This document shows, piece after piece, positions 1 through 9,724 of a stretch of DNA of 64,000 bases. The first letter of the stretch is position 1, and every line of letters starts with the position of its first letter. The notes under the pieces are model-generated. The model made no database searches, was not told the DNA's origin, and was given only the letters and a program-made list of their open reading frames with translations. Made by a program: the position numbers and the translations under genes. The stretch comes from an uncultured delta proteobacterium (GTDB lineage Bacteria; Desulfobacterota; Zymogenia; Zymogenales; Zymogenaceae), in assembly GCA_963792965.1 (NCBI GenBank), contig CAWBYW010000007.1, positions 320,001 through 384,000 of the forward strand, in the 5' to 3' direction.

Positions 1-7
1 TATCATT

Positions 8-529
8 ATGCTCAAGCTCATTCTTATGGGCCTCCTCATGAAAGGGGATAATCACGGGTATAATCTTCGCAAGATGATCGAAAAGGACCTCTCCAACCTC
101 ATCAGTGTCGATAATACGTCTATTTACTATACCCTCAATAAGATGGAAAAGGAAGGCCTCGTGACCTTCAAAATCATCTCCGATACGAAAAGGCCCCAAA
201 AAAACCTCTATTCTCTGACCGATAAGGGAAAAAGGGAATTCAGGGAGCTGCTATTGGCCAACATGAACAACAACAAGCGCCCTCTCCTCAACATCGACAT
301 CTCCCTCTACTTTATCGACATGCTTCAGAAGGACGAGGCCGTTGATCGACTCGATAACCGTTCCCGCGAATTGAGGAAATTGATCTTCTTCCTGAAATCC
401 CAGGAGCGACAGGCCACGGGCAGAGAGCCGAAGGGGAAGGAATCCATCATCATATCCCACAATATCAAGCTCGCCGAGACGGAGCTCCAGTTCCTGAAGG
501 ACGTGGCCGAGACACTGAAAAGCGCCTAA
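8..529 (+). CDS. PadR-family transcriptional regulator
   Basis: LILMGLL..HGYNLRK..SIYYTLNKMEKEGLV..KNLYSLTDKGKREF winged helix plus C-terminal helical domain. Confidence 0.9.
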   Translation: MLKLILMGLLMKGDNHGYNLRKMIEKDLSNLISVDNTSIYYTLNKMEKEGLVTFKIISDTKRPQKNLYSLTDKGKREFRELLLANMNNNKRPLLNIDISLYFIDMLQKDEAVDRLDNRSRELRKLIFFLKSQERQATGREPKGKESIIISHNIKLAETELQFLKDVAETLKSA

Positions 530-830
530 GAAACCGGTCGCCACGCATATTTCTCCGTACCATCGACAAAACGGAATATACTCAGGAGCGTCATGCGGCC
601 CGCAATCCCGTTGCGGAGACGCCGCCAACAGCCACGGCGACCGTCGCGTCGCTCAGCCGATAAGGACGTATCCGATCGCCGGCACGTCTCATCTCCCTTT
701 CAACGTCCCTTTGTCATCTCCCCTGCCCTCGGCTACGCGCCCGGCGCTGCTTGGATCCTCGCAAAATAGATGAATAGTGACGCGTTTATCCCCTTGTGGT
801 GAATTTTTTTGTTGAATTTTTTTTCAAAAT

Positions 831-848
831 AAGTTAAATAGTTAACTT
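831..848. promoter_or_regulatory. Inverted repeat AAGTTAA-N4-TTAACTT, candidate operator for the acyl-CoA ligase gene
   Basis: Perfect 7-bp arms in an AT-rich stretch 30 bp upstream of ATG 879. Confidence 0.55.
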
Positions 849-878
849 TGAATAGATACCTCGAGAGGAGGAAGAAAT

Positions 879-2401
879 ATGAACATCCGAGAAGCAGCTG
901 AAAAAGACCGCGTCTAAACTACCGACGAAAAACGCGATCATCTACGGCCAAAGGAAAATATCGTTCACCGATCTTAAGAAGTCCGCCTTCAGGATCGCCT
1001 CCGCCCTGAATAAATCGGGAATCAAAAAGGGAGATAAGATCCTGACCTATCTCCCCAATATCCCCGAGTTCGTGGAGATATACCTCGGCGCGCTCTCGAG
1101 TGGGGTCATCGTGGTCCCGATCGATTTCCGTATTATCGGCGACGAGCTCAAACACATCATCACCGACTCCGACGCATCGGCCGTCTTCACCACCGTCGAT
1201 ATGGCCAAGCCGATCAAGGCAATCGGTGAGCTTCCCTCGAAAGTTAAGAAGCTTATCATCATCGGCCAGGGAGACAAAACGCCGGACACGGACTATCTCG
1301 ATTTTGCCGCCGGCGCTGACCCCGTCGAGCCCGATGCCAAGCTCTCCGATGACGACGAAGCCCTTTTCCTTTACACCTCCGGCAGCACCGGGAGTCCCAA
1401 GGGAGTCATCCTCCAGTATAAGCACCTGGATCTTTTCCCCGAATCGCTTCATGCAATCATCCCGGAATATTGCACGGTCGATACCGTTATGGCGTGCATC
1501 CTGCCGATGAGCCACATCACGGGGCCGATCCTCGTCAATACCCAGCTCAAGTATGGAAACGCCCTCGTCATCTTTGAGAGCTGGCGCCCCGACACCGTCT
1601 GGAAGACGGTGGAGCGGGAACGCGTAAACCTGTTCAACAGCGTCCCCCCCATCAGCCAGATGATGCTTGCCGACCGAAAGCTTGAGCAGTACGATCTTTC
1701 ATCCCTCAAATACATCTCCATGATGGGGATGAGTGTGCCCAAAGGCCCTCATGGAGGAATACCGCAGGCGGATCCCCCACCTTAAGGTTATTCAGGGCTA
1801 CGGCCTGACGGAGACCTCTCCGCTCCTCACACTCGTTCCGCTCACCCAAGCAGATGAGAAGCTCGGCTCGGTCGGCAAACCCGTGCCGGGAGTTCAGCTC
1901 AAGATCATCGACGAGAACGGAAAGGAAGTCGGGCCGGAAACCCCGGGCGAGATCATTGCCCGCGGCCCGCAGATCATGAAGGGATACTACAAGCTCCCCG
2001 ATGAGACGAAAAAGGTCATCAAGGACGGCTGGTTTTTCACCGGCGACCTCGGCAGGATCGACGCGGACGGCTTCGTCTTTCACCTCGGAAGATCAAAGGA
2101 GATCATCATAACCGGCGGCATCAATGTCTTCCCCGCCGAGGTGGAAAACGTGCTTGTGGCCCACCAGCTGATCATGGACGCGGCGGTGGTCGGCATCCCC
2201 GATCCGAAGCGCGGCGAGATACTCTCGGCCTTCGTCGTCAAGCGGCCGGGCTCCGATCTCACCGAGCACGACGTGGTGAAATATTGCCGGGAGAAGATGG
2301 CCGATTATAAGGTCCCCAAGGCGGTGAAATTCATTGACGCGCTCCCCATGGTAGGCCCGGGCAAGGTCAACAAGAAGGCCCTCATCGAAAAGGGGGTTTG
2401 A
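879..2401 (+). CDS. AMP-dependent acyl-CoA synthetase/ligase; two apparent frameshifts (~895, ~1741)
   Basis: RBS GAGGAGG before ATG 879; YTSGSTGSPKG, QGYGLTE, TGDLG, GRSKE and GKVNK motifs spread over ORFs 1072..1785 and 1733..2401. Confidence 0.9.
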
Positions 2402-2787
2402 TCCGAGGCAGGTATCACCATACGCGTAGAAGCCAGTCGCGCCGGCATGTTCGTCTGCCGGCGCGATGCGTTCAGACGGACCATTATTACGGCTGCGGCG
2501 TGGTGCCCCCGGAGAGCCGCTCCGTGAGAATGTCACCGGGGGGCCGGTATCGAGAGGGACGACCACGATAGTCTATTTCAGCTCCCGCACAACCCCTCGT
2601 ATCTCTCTTTTTCGTCGCCTTCCCGAGGACGGCTTTTCACCCTGTAGCCACAATCGGATCCTCCGTTGTCACGTTATCCTGTTGTACGTCCCCACGGCTG
2701 CCGCATCCGCAGGAAAGAAATATATATAGCAGAGATTAATTCATTCGAAACTGTCTTTTTCACCCCAAAGGGAGTATTATCGACCAC

Positions 2788-3735
2788 ATGCCAAGATCAC
2801 ATAAACACAAAAGGTTCGAGCGATTTTTCACGGCGATCGTCTCGTGGCCCGCGCGTCCCCTCTTCTACCTCATTATGCGGCTCCCCGGACCGTTCGCCCA
2901 CGTCATCGCCGAATCTCTCGGAAGAGCCTTCTGGCTTTTCGGCGTCCCATGGAGACGGCAAGCCATGAAGAACCTGAGGCTTGTCTATAAAGATACCCTG
3001 CCGAGAAAAGAGCTCCGCGCCATCGCGAGGGCGAGCATGATACACGTCGTCATGATGATGGTTGAGGGCACGGTTATCTTTCGCCCGCCCTACACGGTCG
3101 TCAAGAAGACGCCGATACAGGGAGAAGAGTACCTCAAGGAGGCCGTGAGCAAGGGAAAGCCGATTCTCATCCTTGGAAGCCACGTGGGCAACTTCCTGCT
3201 TCTGATATCGGCGCTTACCTATAAGGGATACCCGGTCCACTATATCTTCAAGCAGCCCGAGGACGAGGGCTTCAAGGAGTTTATCCTCGAGCTTAATCGT
3301 GATATGCATCTCAACCCGATTCCCCTCAAACCGAGAAGCGAGGCTCTGAAGAGATCGCTCGCGACGCTCAGAAATAAAGGGATCCTTTGGATCGCTCTGG
3401 ATCAGAATACGCGCGAGGGGGACGTGGGGGTGGAGTTTTTCGGCGTCAAGGCCGCTACCGCCCGCGGACCGATGGTTCTTGCGCTCAGGACCGGCGCCGT
3501 CGTCGTGCCGATGTATATTAGGCGACAGCGATGGCTTCAGCACACCATTATTATCAAGGAGCCGATCGAGCTTGAATATACCGGCGACAAAGAAGAGGAC
3601 GTCTACCATAACCTGAAGCGCTTCTCCGCCGTCATAGAACAAGAGATCCTCGAAAACCCAAAGGAATGGTGGTGGATCCACAAACGCTGGAAACGGGCCC
3701 ATGTGTACGCCGATATCCCCGAATCCGATGTCTAA
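2788..3735 (+). CDS. Lipid A lauroyl/lysophospholipid acyltransferase family (HtrB/LpxL-like)
   Basis: SHVGNF, ALDQ, VEFFG, ENPKEWWWIHKRWK; the usual acidic partner of the H-x4-D/E motif is not evident. Confidence 0.8.
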   Translation: MPRSHKHKRFERFFTAIVSWPARPLFYLIMRLPGPFAHVIAESLGRAFWLFGVPWRRQAMKNLRLVYKDTLPRKELRAIARASMIHVVMMMVEGTVIFRPPYTVVKKTPIQGEEYLKEAVSKGKPILILGSHVGNFLLLISALTYKGYPVHYIFKQPEDEGFKEFILELNRDMHLNPIPLKPRSEALKRSLATLRNKGILWIALDQNTREGDVGVEFFGVKAATARGPMVLALRTGAVVVPMYIRRQRWLQHTIIIKEPIELEYTGDKEEDVYHNLKRFSAVIEQEILENPKEWWWIHKRWKRAHVYADIPESDV

Positions 3736-3827
3736 AGGCAAGGACGAGACCCCGTCGGGAGCTGAGAGTGTGTGATCAAGAAGAGGGGCGGCCTCACGCC
3801 ATTCTCGCGCGGCCACTCTCTTTTTTA

Positions 3828-3856
3828 TTGACAAACCCAGAAAACGGCCTTAGTAT
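3828..3856 (+). promoter_or_regulatory. Sigma70 promoter of tRNA-Glu
   Basis: TTGACA-17 bp-TAGTAT, 16 bp upstream of the tRNA. Confidence 0.8.
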
Positions 3857-3872
3857 TAAAAATTGTTTTTTC

Positions 3873-3948
3873 GGTCCCATCGTCTAGTGGTCTAGGATAC
3901 TGGCCTCTCACGCCGGAGACACGGGTTCGAAACCCGTTGGGACTGCCA
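3873..3948 (+). tRNA. tRNA-Glu (anticodon CTC), CCA encoded
   Basis: 76-nt cloverleaf: acceptor GGTCCCA/TGGGACT, anticodon arm CTGGC-CT CTC AC-GCCGG, GGTTCGAAACCC T arm. Confidence 0.97.
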
Positions 3949-3950
3949 AT

Positions 3951-3977
3951 AAAAAACCGCCCAAGGGCGGTTTTTTT
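3951..3977. terminator. Bidirectional intrinsic terminator
   Basis: AAAAAACCGCCC-AA-GGGCGGTTTTTTT between the tRNA and a convergent CDS. Confidence 0.85.
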
Positions 3978-4167
3978 CGTGCCTTCTGACCGGGTTTGGC
4001 CTAGCGTGTCCCGGCACGAATCAGCGTCGTCTTTACCTCTCAGCTTTCGCCTCGTGTCGGCGTGCCCGTCTTAGCGTCGTTCCCCACTCGCGAGGTGGCG
4101 CCGAACAAGCCGTTACGTCGTCTTCTTTACGGACGCGGCCCACAAACGCTTCCTTTCCGGTGGCCTG

Positions 4168-7100
4168 TTACGTCCCCAGCAGCCCTTCCCTCACGTCCTC
4201 TACGCTGCGCGATCGGTCATACCACGGGTTGAAGTGATGCTCCATGACGAAATGATAGAACGGTGAATCGGGCCGGATGATCTCGTACACCTCGGTCACT
4301 TCACGCTTCAGGGTGCCCGCGTAGTCGAGGATACCGGCGTACCGGAAGATCTCCACGGCCGGACCGCCCGGCGTACGTTCGACGCCGAATATCAGGTAGA
4401 TCTCCGTGCCGTCGTATGCGAATACCTGCTGAAACTCGGGATGGAGCTGGTGCCTCTGGACCCGACGGTCGAAGAAATAAAGGCGGTCCCTATTCCCCTT
4501 AATGTATTCTCTGAGGGCCTCCTCCGACAGCGCCTCGCCGAGGTTATAGATATCCGTGCTCTCGGAGATGAACTCGTCGTCCATTACCGACTTGTTCTCC
4601 CCACCCACCTCTGAGATTAATCCCTCGCCCGATCGCTCCGCGGTGTCCGCCAAGAGCTCGGTCTCCGATTTGAAGACGGTCTGAACCACGTCCCTGAGTC
4701 GATTGTCCTCTTCGTCGATCGGCTGGATGATCGAAAGGGTTCTGCCGACGATGACGTTGAACGGATAGATGAGGTTCTGGTTTTGGGCCTCGAGACGCTT
4801 CTTTTCGAGAAAACGGTCGATCCGTTTCTTGATGCTTCGGTGCCTCTGCGCACCCCGGGAAGCCTCATTGATCTTGTCGGCAATGCTCACCTTGATATCT
4901 CCCCAGAGATCGTCGTGGAGCGTGATCACTTCCGAGAGGCCGCCGTACGATATGTAGAGCCCGGTGTTAACGCCGAGATCCGTGATCTCTCCGAGCCGAT
5001 CGTAGTACGATTGGGTCAGCTCCCGCACCTTCGTATGCGCCTCGGAGAGCATCCCCTTCAGTCGATTGATCTGGTTGAGCTCGTCCTGGCATATTTCCGT
5101 GTAAAACTCCTTTGACCTTTTAACGAGCTGCTGTTTATCGACCTCGCTGACCATCTCATCCTTGGACGCCTTGATTGCGGAGAGCTGTTCCCTGAGCTCC
5201 GTCTCCCGGGCGAGAGACTTATCCCGCTCCTTGTCCGTCTTGGCATCCCTCACTTTCTGGGAAACCTCCATGATTGCGTCGATGTGCGCCTGTATCGTCT
5301 CTTCGAAGAGCTTCATCTGGGCGTCGATCATTGCGCCGGGGGAGATCGAACGCTTATTCACGATAATATCATTCAACGCCCGAATCGTATCGCTGATCCG
5401 TTTCTTCTCCTTCGTCAGTCTGACGAGATCGTGCCGATATTCGGTCAGCAGGCCTTCCCTGAGTATCCGCTCGTCGAAGTCGGGGTTATTCTTGATCAGC
5501 TTCTTCTTATATTCCGAGGTGATTCGCTGGATCTCTTTGGCAAGCTCCACGAGGGCGGTAACGTTTCCGGAAAACGATATCGCGTCCCCGAGGAGATTGT
5601 TCAGCTCAAGGCCGAGGGATGGCTCCTTACCAATCTTGAGGTAGTAGCTCTTGGCGGCGTCAAGGATCGGCAGGAAGAATTCGTTCTTTAAGAAGTCCGC
5701 CATGACGAGGCTGCCCGACCTCTTGGTCCTCTTGGTAAAGCTCTTCAGGTCGACGAAAAGGTGACCCTCGTGGACCTCTTCTTTCTTGACCAGGAATATC
5801 TTGTGGTCGCCGGAAAAGCGATAGAGCCTTCCCCCCTCGTACTCTCTGATCAGCTCCTGGAGGGGAAGGGCCTTTTTCTTGTTCTCAAGCGTCTTCCTGG
5901 CCGACGTGAAGTAGGAGTCGTAGCCGAGATCCATACGAAATATGATATACCGTTTCACAACTTCGGAGACCTTAAAGACGATCGTCTCCTTGCCGACGGA
6001 AAAGAGCCTGACCAGCCCCCACTTTCGGTGTGTTTTGAAGTTAGTGAGGATCTTTCTGATCTTTTGTGTACGTCTCTCGTCGCGGCTGTACCGGTCGATG
6101 AGGTCCGAGAGCCCTGTCTCGACCTGCGAGGCGATCTTTGAATCCTCCAGCATCGCCCTGAGGAGCTTGTCGTCCTGGGAGATCTCAGCGAGAATGATGT
6201 GTATCCCCTCGCGCTGGTTGTCATACGAGATCAGGTAATCGAGGATGTCGTCCCGAAACGAGCTGAGGGAGAAAAAGTCAAAAACGGTCTCGGCCAGAAC
6301 ATTGTCCTGCGTGATCAGGCTGACCATACCGGACGTCAGATCCCCGATCGAGTGGGATTTTTTGGCGGCCTGGGCGTAGACCTCTTCGAGGCACGCCGCG
6401 ATTTTCGGCGAAAGGTTGTAGGGATTGAGGTCGCTGTTTAAAAGCGCATTCTTGATGTTCAGGATGAAAAATGGCGTCGTTGTTCCAAGGAGCAGATACT
6501 CCATCTCCTTGAAATCATATGAGAGCTGTTTTCCCTTAAAGGAGTTCAACACCTCGGAGACGACTACCCGCACGATGTTCGAAAACAGGATGCTGATCGA
6601 TCGCTCCAGCTTTTCATAGGAAACCCCCCTGATCTTTACCCCCTTGACGATTTCCTTCTTCTCGCTTAATATCTTTGAGATCGCAAGATGAACGAGAAAC
6701 GAGGTCCGCTCCGCGCCGGACAGTCGCATCTCCTCCTCGATTGCCTTTTTATAGATGCGGAAGAGCTCTGCGATAAGCCTTCTGCCGTGAAGCGACGGGA
6801 CCAGCCAGCTGGCGATGAGCCCCGCGTCAATGAGGGGGTCTCCGTAAAGGGTGGATATGGCGATTTCAGTCTCGATTCTTCCACCGAATTCTTTCGATAC
6901 CCGGTACACCTTGGGAAGAAGCTCCACCCGCTCGTCCAACACCGATATCATGAGGCTCCCGCGGGTGTCGTAGACCATGGACGGCTCAAGCCTCCCCTTC
7001 ATCAGGGAGACAAGTTCTCCCATCGCCTCATCGAATATCTCTTCGCTCTCCCCCCCGAAGATAAAGGGGACCTTGAGATCGTAGTCGGATTCACCGAGGT

Positions 7101-7233
7101 TGAACCGAATAAGATCCCGCTTCAGCACCCAAAAATCCTTTCCCTTCATCCCCTTGTAACGGATATACCCAAGGATGTCTTCCAGGAGTGCGGTCCTACG
7201 GTCGAGGGATTGCTCTCTGTGGTCTATTTCCAT
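4168..7233 (-). CDS. Large soluble protein with an interrupted class III nucleotidyl-cyclase-like domain and coiled-coil insertion
   Basis: Intact 1021-aa ORF; motifs HLFVDLKSFT (D495), NLLGDA (D550), IADKINEASR (N789, R793). Confidence 0.7.
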   Translation of the reverse strand: MEIDHREQSLDRRTALLEDILGYIRYKGMKGKDFWVLKRDLIRFNLGESDYDLKVPFIFGGESEEIFDEAMGELVSLMKGRLEPSMVYDTRGSLMISVLDERVELLPKVYRVSKEFGGRIETEIAISTLYGDPLIDAGLIASWLVPSLHGRRLIAELFRIYKKAIEEEMRLSGAERTSFLVHLAISKILSEKKEIVKGVKIRGVSYEKLERSISILFSNIVRVVVSEVLNSFKGKQLSYDFKEMEYLLLGTTTPFFILNIKNALLNSDLNPYNLSPKIAACLEEVYAQAAKKSHSIGDLTSGMVSLITQDNVLAETVFDFFSLSSFRDDILDYLISYDNQREGIHIILAEISQDDKLLRAMLEDSKIASQVETGLSDLIDRYSRDERRTQKIRKILTNFKTHRKWGLVRLFSVGKETIVFKVSEVVKRYIIFRMDLGYDSYFTSARKTLENKKKALPLQELIREYEGGRLYRFSGDHKIFLVKKEEVHEGHLFVDLKSFTKRTKRSGSLVMADFLKNEFFLPILDAAKSYYLKIGKEPSLGLELNNLLGDAISFSGNVTALVELAKEIQRITSEYKKKLIKNNPDFDERILREGLLTEYRHDLVRLTKEKKRISDTIRALNDIIVNKRSISPGAMIDAQMKLFEETIQAHIDAIMEVSQKVRDAKTDKERDKSLARETELREQLSAIKASKDEMVSEVDKQQLVKRSKEFYTEICQDELNQINRLKGMLSEAHTKVRELTQSYYDRLGEITDLGVNTGLYISYGGLSEVITLHDDLWGDIKVSIADKINEASRGAQRHRSIKKRIDRFLEKKRLEAQNQNLIYPFNVIVGRTLSIIQPIDEEDNRLRDVVQTVFKSETELLADTAERSGEGLISEVGGENKSVMDDEFISESTDIYNLGEALSEEALREYIKGNRDRLYFFDRRVQRHQLHPEFQQVFAYDGTEIYLIFGVERTPGGPAVEIFRYAGILDYAGTLKREVTEVYEIIRPDSPFYHFVMEHHFNPWYDRSRSVEDVREGLLGT

Positions 7234-7253
7234 CGGCGCCAGAAACCTTCCCC

Positions 7254-8126
7254 CTACAATCCCCTCAGGTGTTCGGGACGCAGGAGATCGGTCCTGTCCT
7301 TTTCGAGGACATGACGGATGATCGCATTTGCCTCGCTTTTCTCTTCAGGCAGTCTGATTCTCATCGGGAGGTAATTGGAGGCATGGTTTGAGGTAAAGAG
7401 GCAGTCGCTTACGTCTGTATGATCGAGGATGATCATCAGTTCTTTAAGCATCTCCATTTTATCGGGCAGTAGGAACTCGCCCCGTTTAGACTGGTCGTAC
7501 AGCGGAGTGCCGGGGACGATCATGACCGTGAGGGCCCCGATATAGTCGGGGTCCATCTCCGAGAGCACCTTTCCGGTGGCCTCGGCGTGACGGAGCCCCC
7601 CGGCCTTTCCCGCGATGCCGAGCAATACGGTTACCGACAGCAGAATACCGGCATCCTTCACCCGACGCGCCGCCTCGATCATGGCGTCGGTACCTACGCC
7701 CTTTTCTATCGCGGCCAGGACCGCCGGATCGCCGCTTTCCAGCCCGAGGTAGACAATCCCGAGACCCATATCCTTAAGCTCTCTGAGCTCATCCGGACTC
7801 TTCCTGAGGATGCTTTTTGCATTTCCGTAAACCCCGATTCGTTCGAGGCCGGGCAGCGCTTTTCCGACCTCTTCCATGATCGGCCGGAGCATCCTCTGCG
7901 GGATGATGAGGGCGTCACCGTCGGCCAAAAAGACCCGCTTGACCGTCCGGTACCGCTCGGCCTCACCCAGATCGGCCCTGATCTCTTCTATGTCCCTGAT
8001 TCTGAATCGTTTCGACTTATAGGTGGGACAGAACGTGCACTTGTTATGGGAGCACCCGAGCGTAACCTGTAGTATCAGACTTCTCGCTTCGCTCGGGGGG
8101 CGTATGACTATACCCTCGTATCTCAT
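7254..8126 (-). CDS. Radical SAM protein of unknown function
   Basis: RPPSEA..LQVTLGCSHNKCTFC (CxxxCxxC), FLADGD, GLESG, SNHASNY. Confidence 0.9.
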   Translation of the reverse strand: MRYEGIVIRPPSEARSLILQVTLGCSHNKCTFCPTYKSKRFRIRDIEEIRADLGEAERYRTVKRVFLADGDALIIPQRMLRPIMEEVGKALPGLERIGVYGNAKSILRKSPDELRELKDMGLGIVYLGLESGDPAVLAAIEKGVGTDAMIEAARRVKDAGILLSVTVLLGIAGKAGGLRHAEATGKVLSEMDPDYIGALTVMIVPGTPLYDQSKRGEFLLPDKMEMLKELMIILDHTDVSDCLFTSNHASNYLPMRIRLPEEKSEANAIIRHVLEKDRTDLLRPEHLRGL

Positions 8127-8162
8127 ATCTTGTTTGCCGGCGCTCTCAAGCCGCCGATATAC

Positions 8163-8615
8163 CTATCGTGTCATGAGGTGGTGACCAATGATGATAAGCT
8201 CAATCCGAGTCTCTATCCGACCGCTCCCTTTTCCTCCTGCGTCTTTTTTCCCCTCCCGAATAAACCTCGTTGTCTTTTCCGGTGCGCTCGCTGGCGGCCC
8301 GCCAGCGGTCTCTATCGGCTCGGTCGCCGCCTTCTTATGGGCTTCCAGTTCGGCCTTCAGCTTCAGGTTTTCTTTCTCAATCTTCTTGGCCTTCAGCCTG
8401 AGCGAGCTCCTCTCGAACGCGCCGAGGAGGGACATGACGATAATTGTTCCTAATATCGCGATATAGAAGAAAATAAAGACGGGCAGCTTGATCGTCTCCA
8501 CCGCTATGTTCTTATATCTCAGGAAGACCAGGAAGACTTCACCTTGGTTGTAGTAGGCAAACAGGGCGAGGATGAAAAGGACAATCGAAAAGAGGACCAG
8601 TTTTAGATATCTCAT
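8163..8615 (-). CDS. LapA-domain (LPS assembly protein A-like) membrane protein
   Basis: TM helix-FAYYNQ-loop-LP-TM helix-coiled coil; low-complexity tail. Confidence 0.65.
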   Translation of the reverse strand: MRYLKLVLFSIVLFILALFAYYNQGEVFLVFLRYKNIAVETIKLPVFIFFYIAILGTIIVMSLLGAFERSSLRLKAKKIEKENLKLKAELEAHKKAATEPIETAGGPPASAPEKTTRFIREGKKDAGGKGSGRIETRIELIIIGHHLMTR

Positions 8616-8629
8616 GGTAACTCCTTTAC

Positions 8630-9133
8630 TTACCCGATGGTTTCATATACTTCCCGCAGCTTATCGTACGTCGACAGGATATGCTCGGAGATGACTTTCA
8701 CCTCTCCGATGACCGGCATGAAGTTGGTGTCACCGTCCCATCGGGGGACGACGTGAACGTGAAGATGATCCTCAACGCCTGCTCCTGCGATCTTGCCTAT
8801 ATTTATCCCGACGTTGAATCCATGCGGGTTCATGACCCTCTCGGAGACCTCGGTGAACTTTTGGATAAATGAGAAAATCTCGATGATCTCGTCCTGGGTG
8901 AGCTTCGTGATATGCTTTTCATGGCGGATGGGCGCTACCATCAGGTGGCCGTTGTTATACGGGTAGCGATTCATCATGACGAAGGTAGACTTTCCCCTGG
9001 CGAGAATCAGGTTATCGCGGTCATTGCTTTTCGCGAGGCGGTTGCAGAAGATACAGCCCTGTTCCTTCTTGCCCGTGATATACTCGATCCTCCACGGGGC
9101 CCACAACGTCTCCCGGTCCTTCTTATCGCTCAT
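8630..9133 (-). CDS. HIT-family hydrolase, Rv2613c/Ap4A phosphorylase-like
   Basis: LWAPWR..CIFC, NRYPYNNGHLM, HLHVHVVPRWDGDTNFM. Confidence 0.9.
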   Translation of the reverse strand: MSDKKDRETLWAPWRIEYITGKKEQGCIFCNRLAKSNDRDNLILARGKSTFVMMNRYPYNNGHLMVAPIRHEKHITKLTQDEIIEIFSFIQKFTEVSERVMNPHGFNVGINIGKIAGAGVEDHLHVHVVPRWDGDTNFMPVIGEVKVISEHILSTYDKLREVYETIG

Positions 9134-9615
9134 GCTTCCTTGATCTCCCCCTGTATGCCGTTTTCGGTGATCATAAGGTATCCGAGGGTATTGCGCCGGG
9201 TAAACCTGTTATCAGTGAGCGATCCGGGGTTAAAGAGGAGAACGCCCTTCTCCGTCCTGTTATACGGGGTATGGCTGTGTCCGAAAACGATGCAATCCAC
9301 CGATTCGGCGCCGAATTCCTCCCTGACCCGAGCGAAGAGACCCGTCGGCGAGCCCCACCCGTGTATGATTCCGATCCGCCTGCCCCCGAGCCCTACGATC
9401 GTTTTGGACGGTAAGAGATCCCTGATCGCCCGACCGTCCATGTTACCCGAGACCGCGACAAGCTCCCACCGAGAAAGATATTCGTAGACGCTCGCGTCCA
9501 CCATATCGCCGGCATGTATGATCGTGTCTACATCCGAGAAATGGCGCTCCATCAGCTCCCTGAAGCGCTCATCAACAGCCGTCAGATGCGTATCTGAAAT
9601 AACGCCGATCTTCAC
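9130..9615 (-). CDS. YfcE/MJ0936-type metallophosphoesterase
   Basis: SDTH, HAGD, GNMD, IHG, FGHSH, NPGS. Confidence 0.9.
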   Translation of the reverse strand: MKIGVISDTHLTAVDERFRELMERHFSDVDTIIHAGDMVDASVYEYLSRWELVAVSGNMDGRAIRDLLPSKTIVGLGGRRIGIIHGWGSPTGLFARVREEFGAESVDCIVFGHSHTPYNRTEKGVLLFNPGSLTDNRFTRRNTLGYLMITENGIQGEIKEA

Positions 9616-9724
9616 GAATATGACCCAAAAACGAAATCATTACACCACACTATAGAACAAAGGTGAAAAGAAATCAACAGTAAAAACTATTTGCGGTCCA
9701 AAACTCCCGATGATACAATCTCAT

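Noticed and set aside
2437-2466. Perfect 11-bp hairpin TCGCGCCGGCA/TGCCGGCGCGA as a REP element or sRNA
   Set aside because: I saw no second copy and no U-tract; at most a 3' stabilising hairpin of the ligase mRNA.
4001-4125. Recurring AGCGTCGT-like words at 4021, 4071 and 4113 as a mini-CRISPR or repeat array
   Set aside because: Only 7-8 bp match, spacing is irregular and there are no cas genes; compatible with chance in GC-rich DNA.
3873-4167. tRNA-Glu as an integration site for a genomic island
   Set aside because: No integrase nearby, no duplicated tRNA 3' end noticed, and flanking genes look native.
4168-7233. Calling the cyclase-like gene a Pycsar/CBASS defence system
   Set aside because: No adjacent TM, TIR or nuclease effector and no island context; only the cyclase-like fold is supported.
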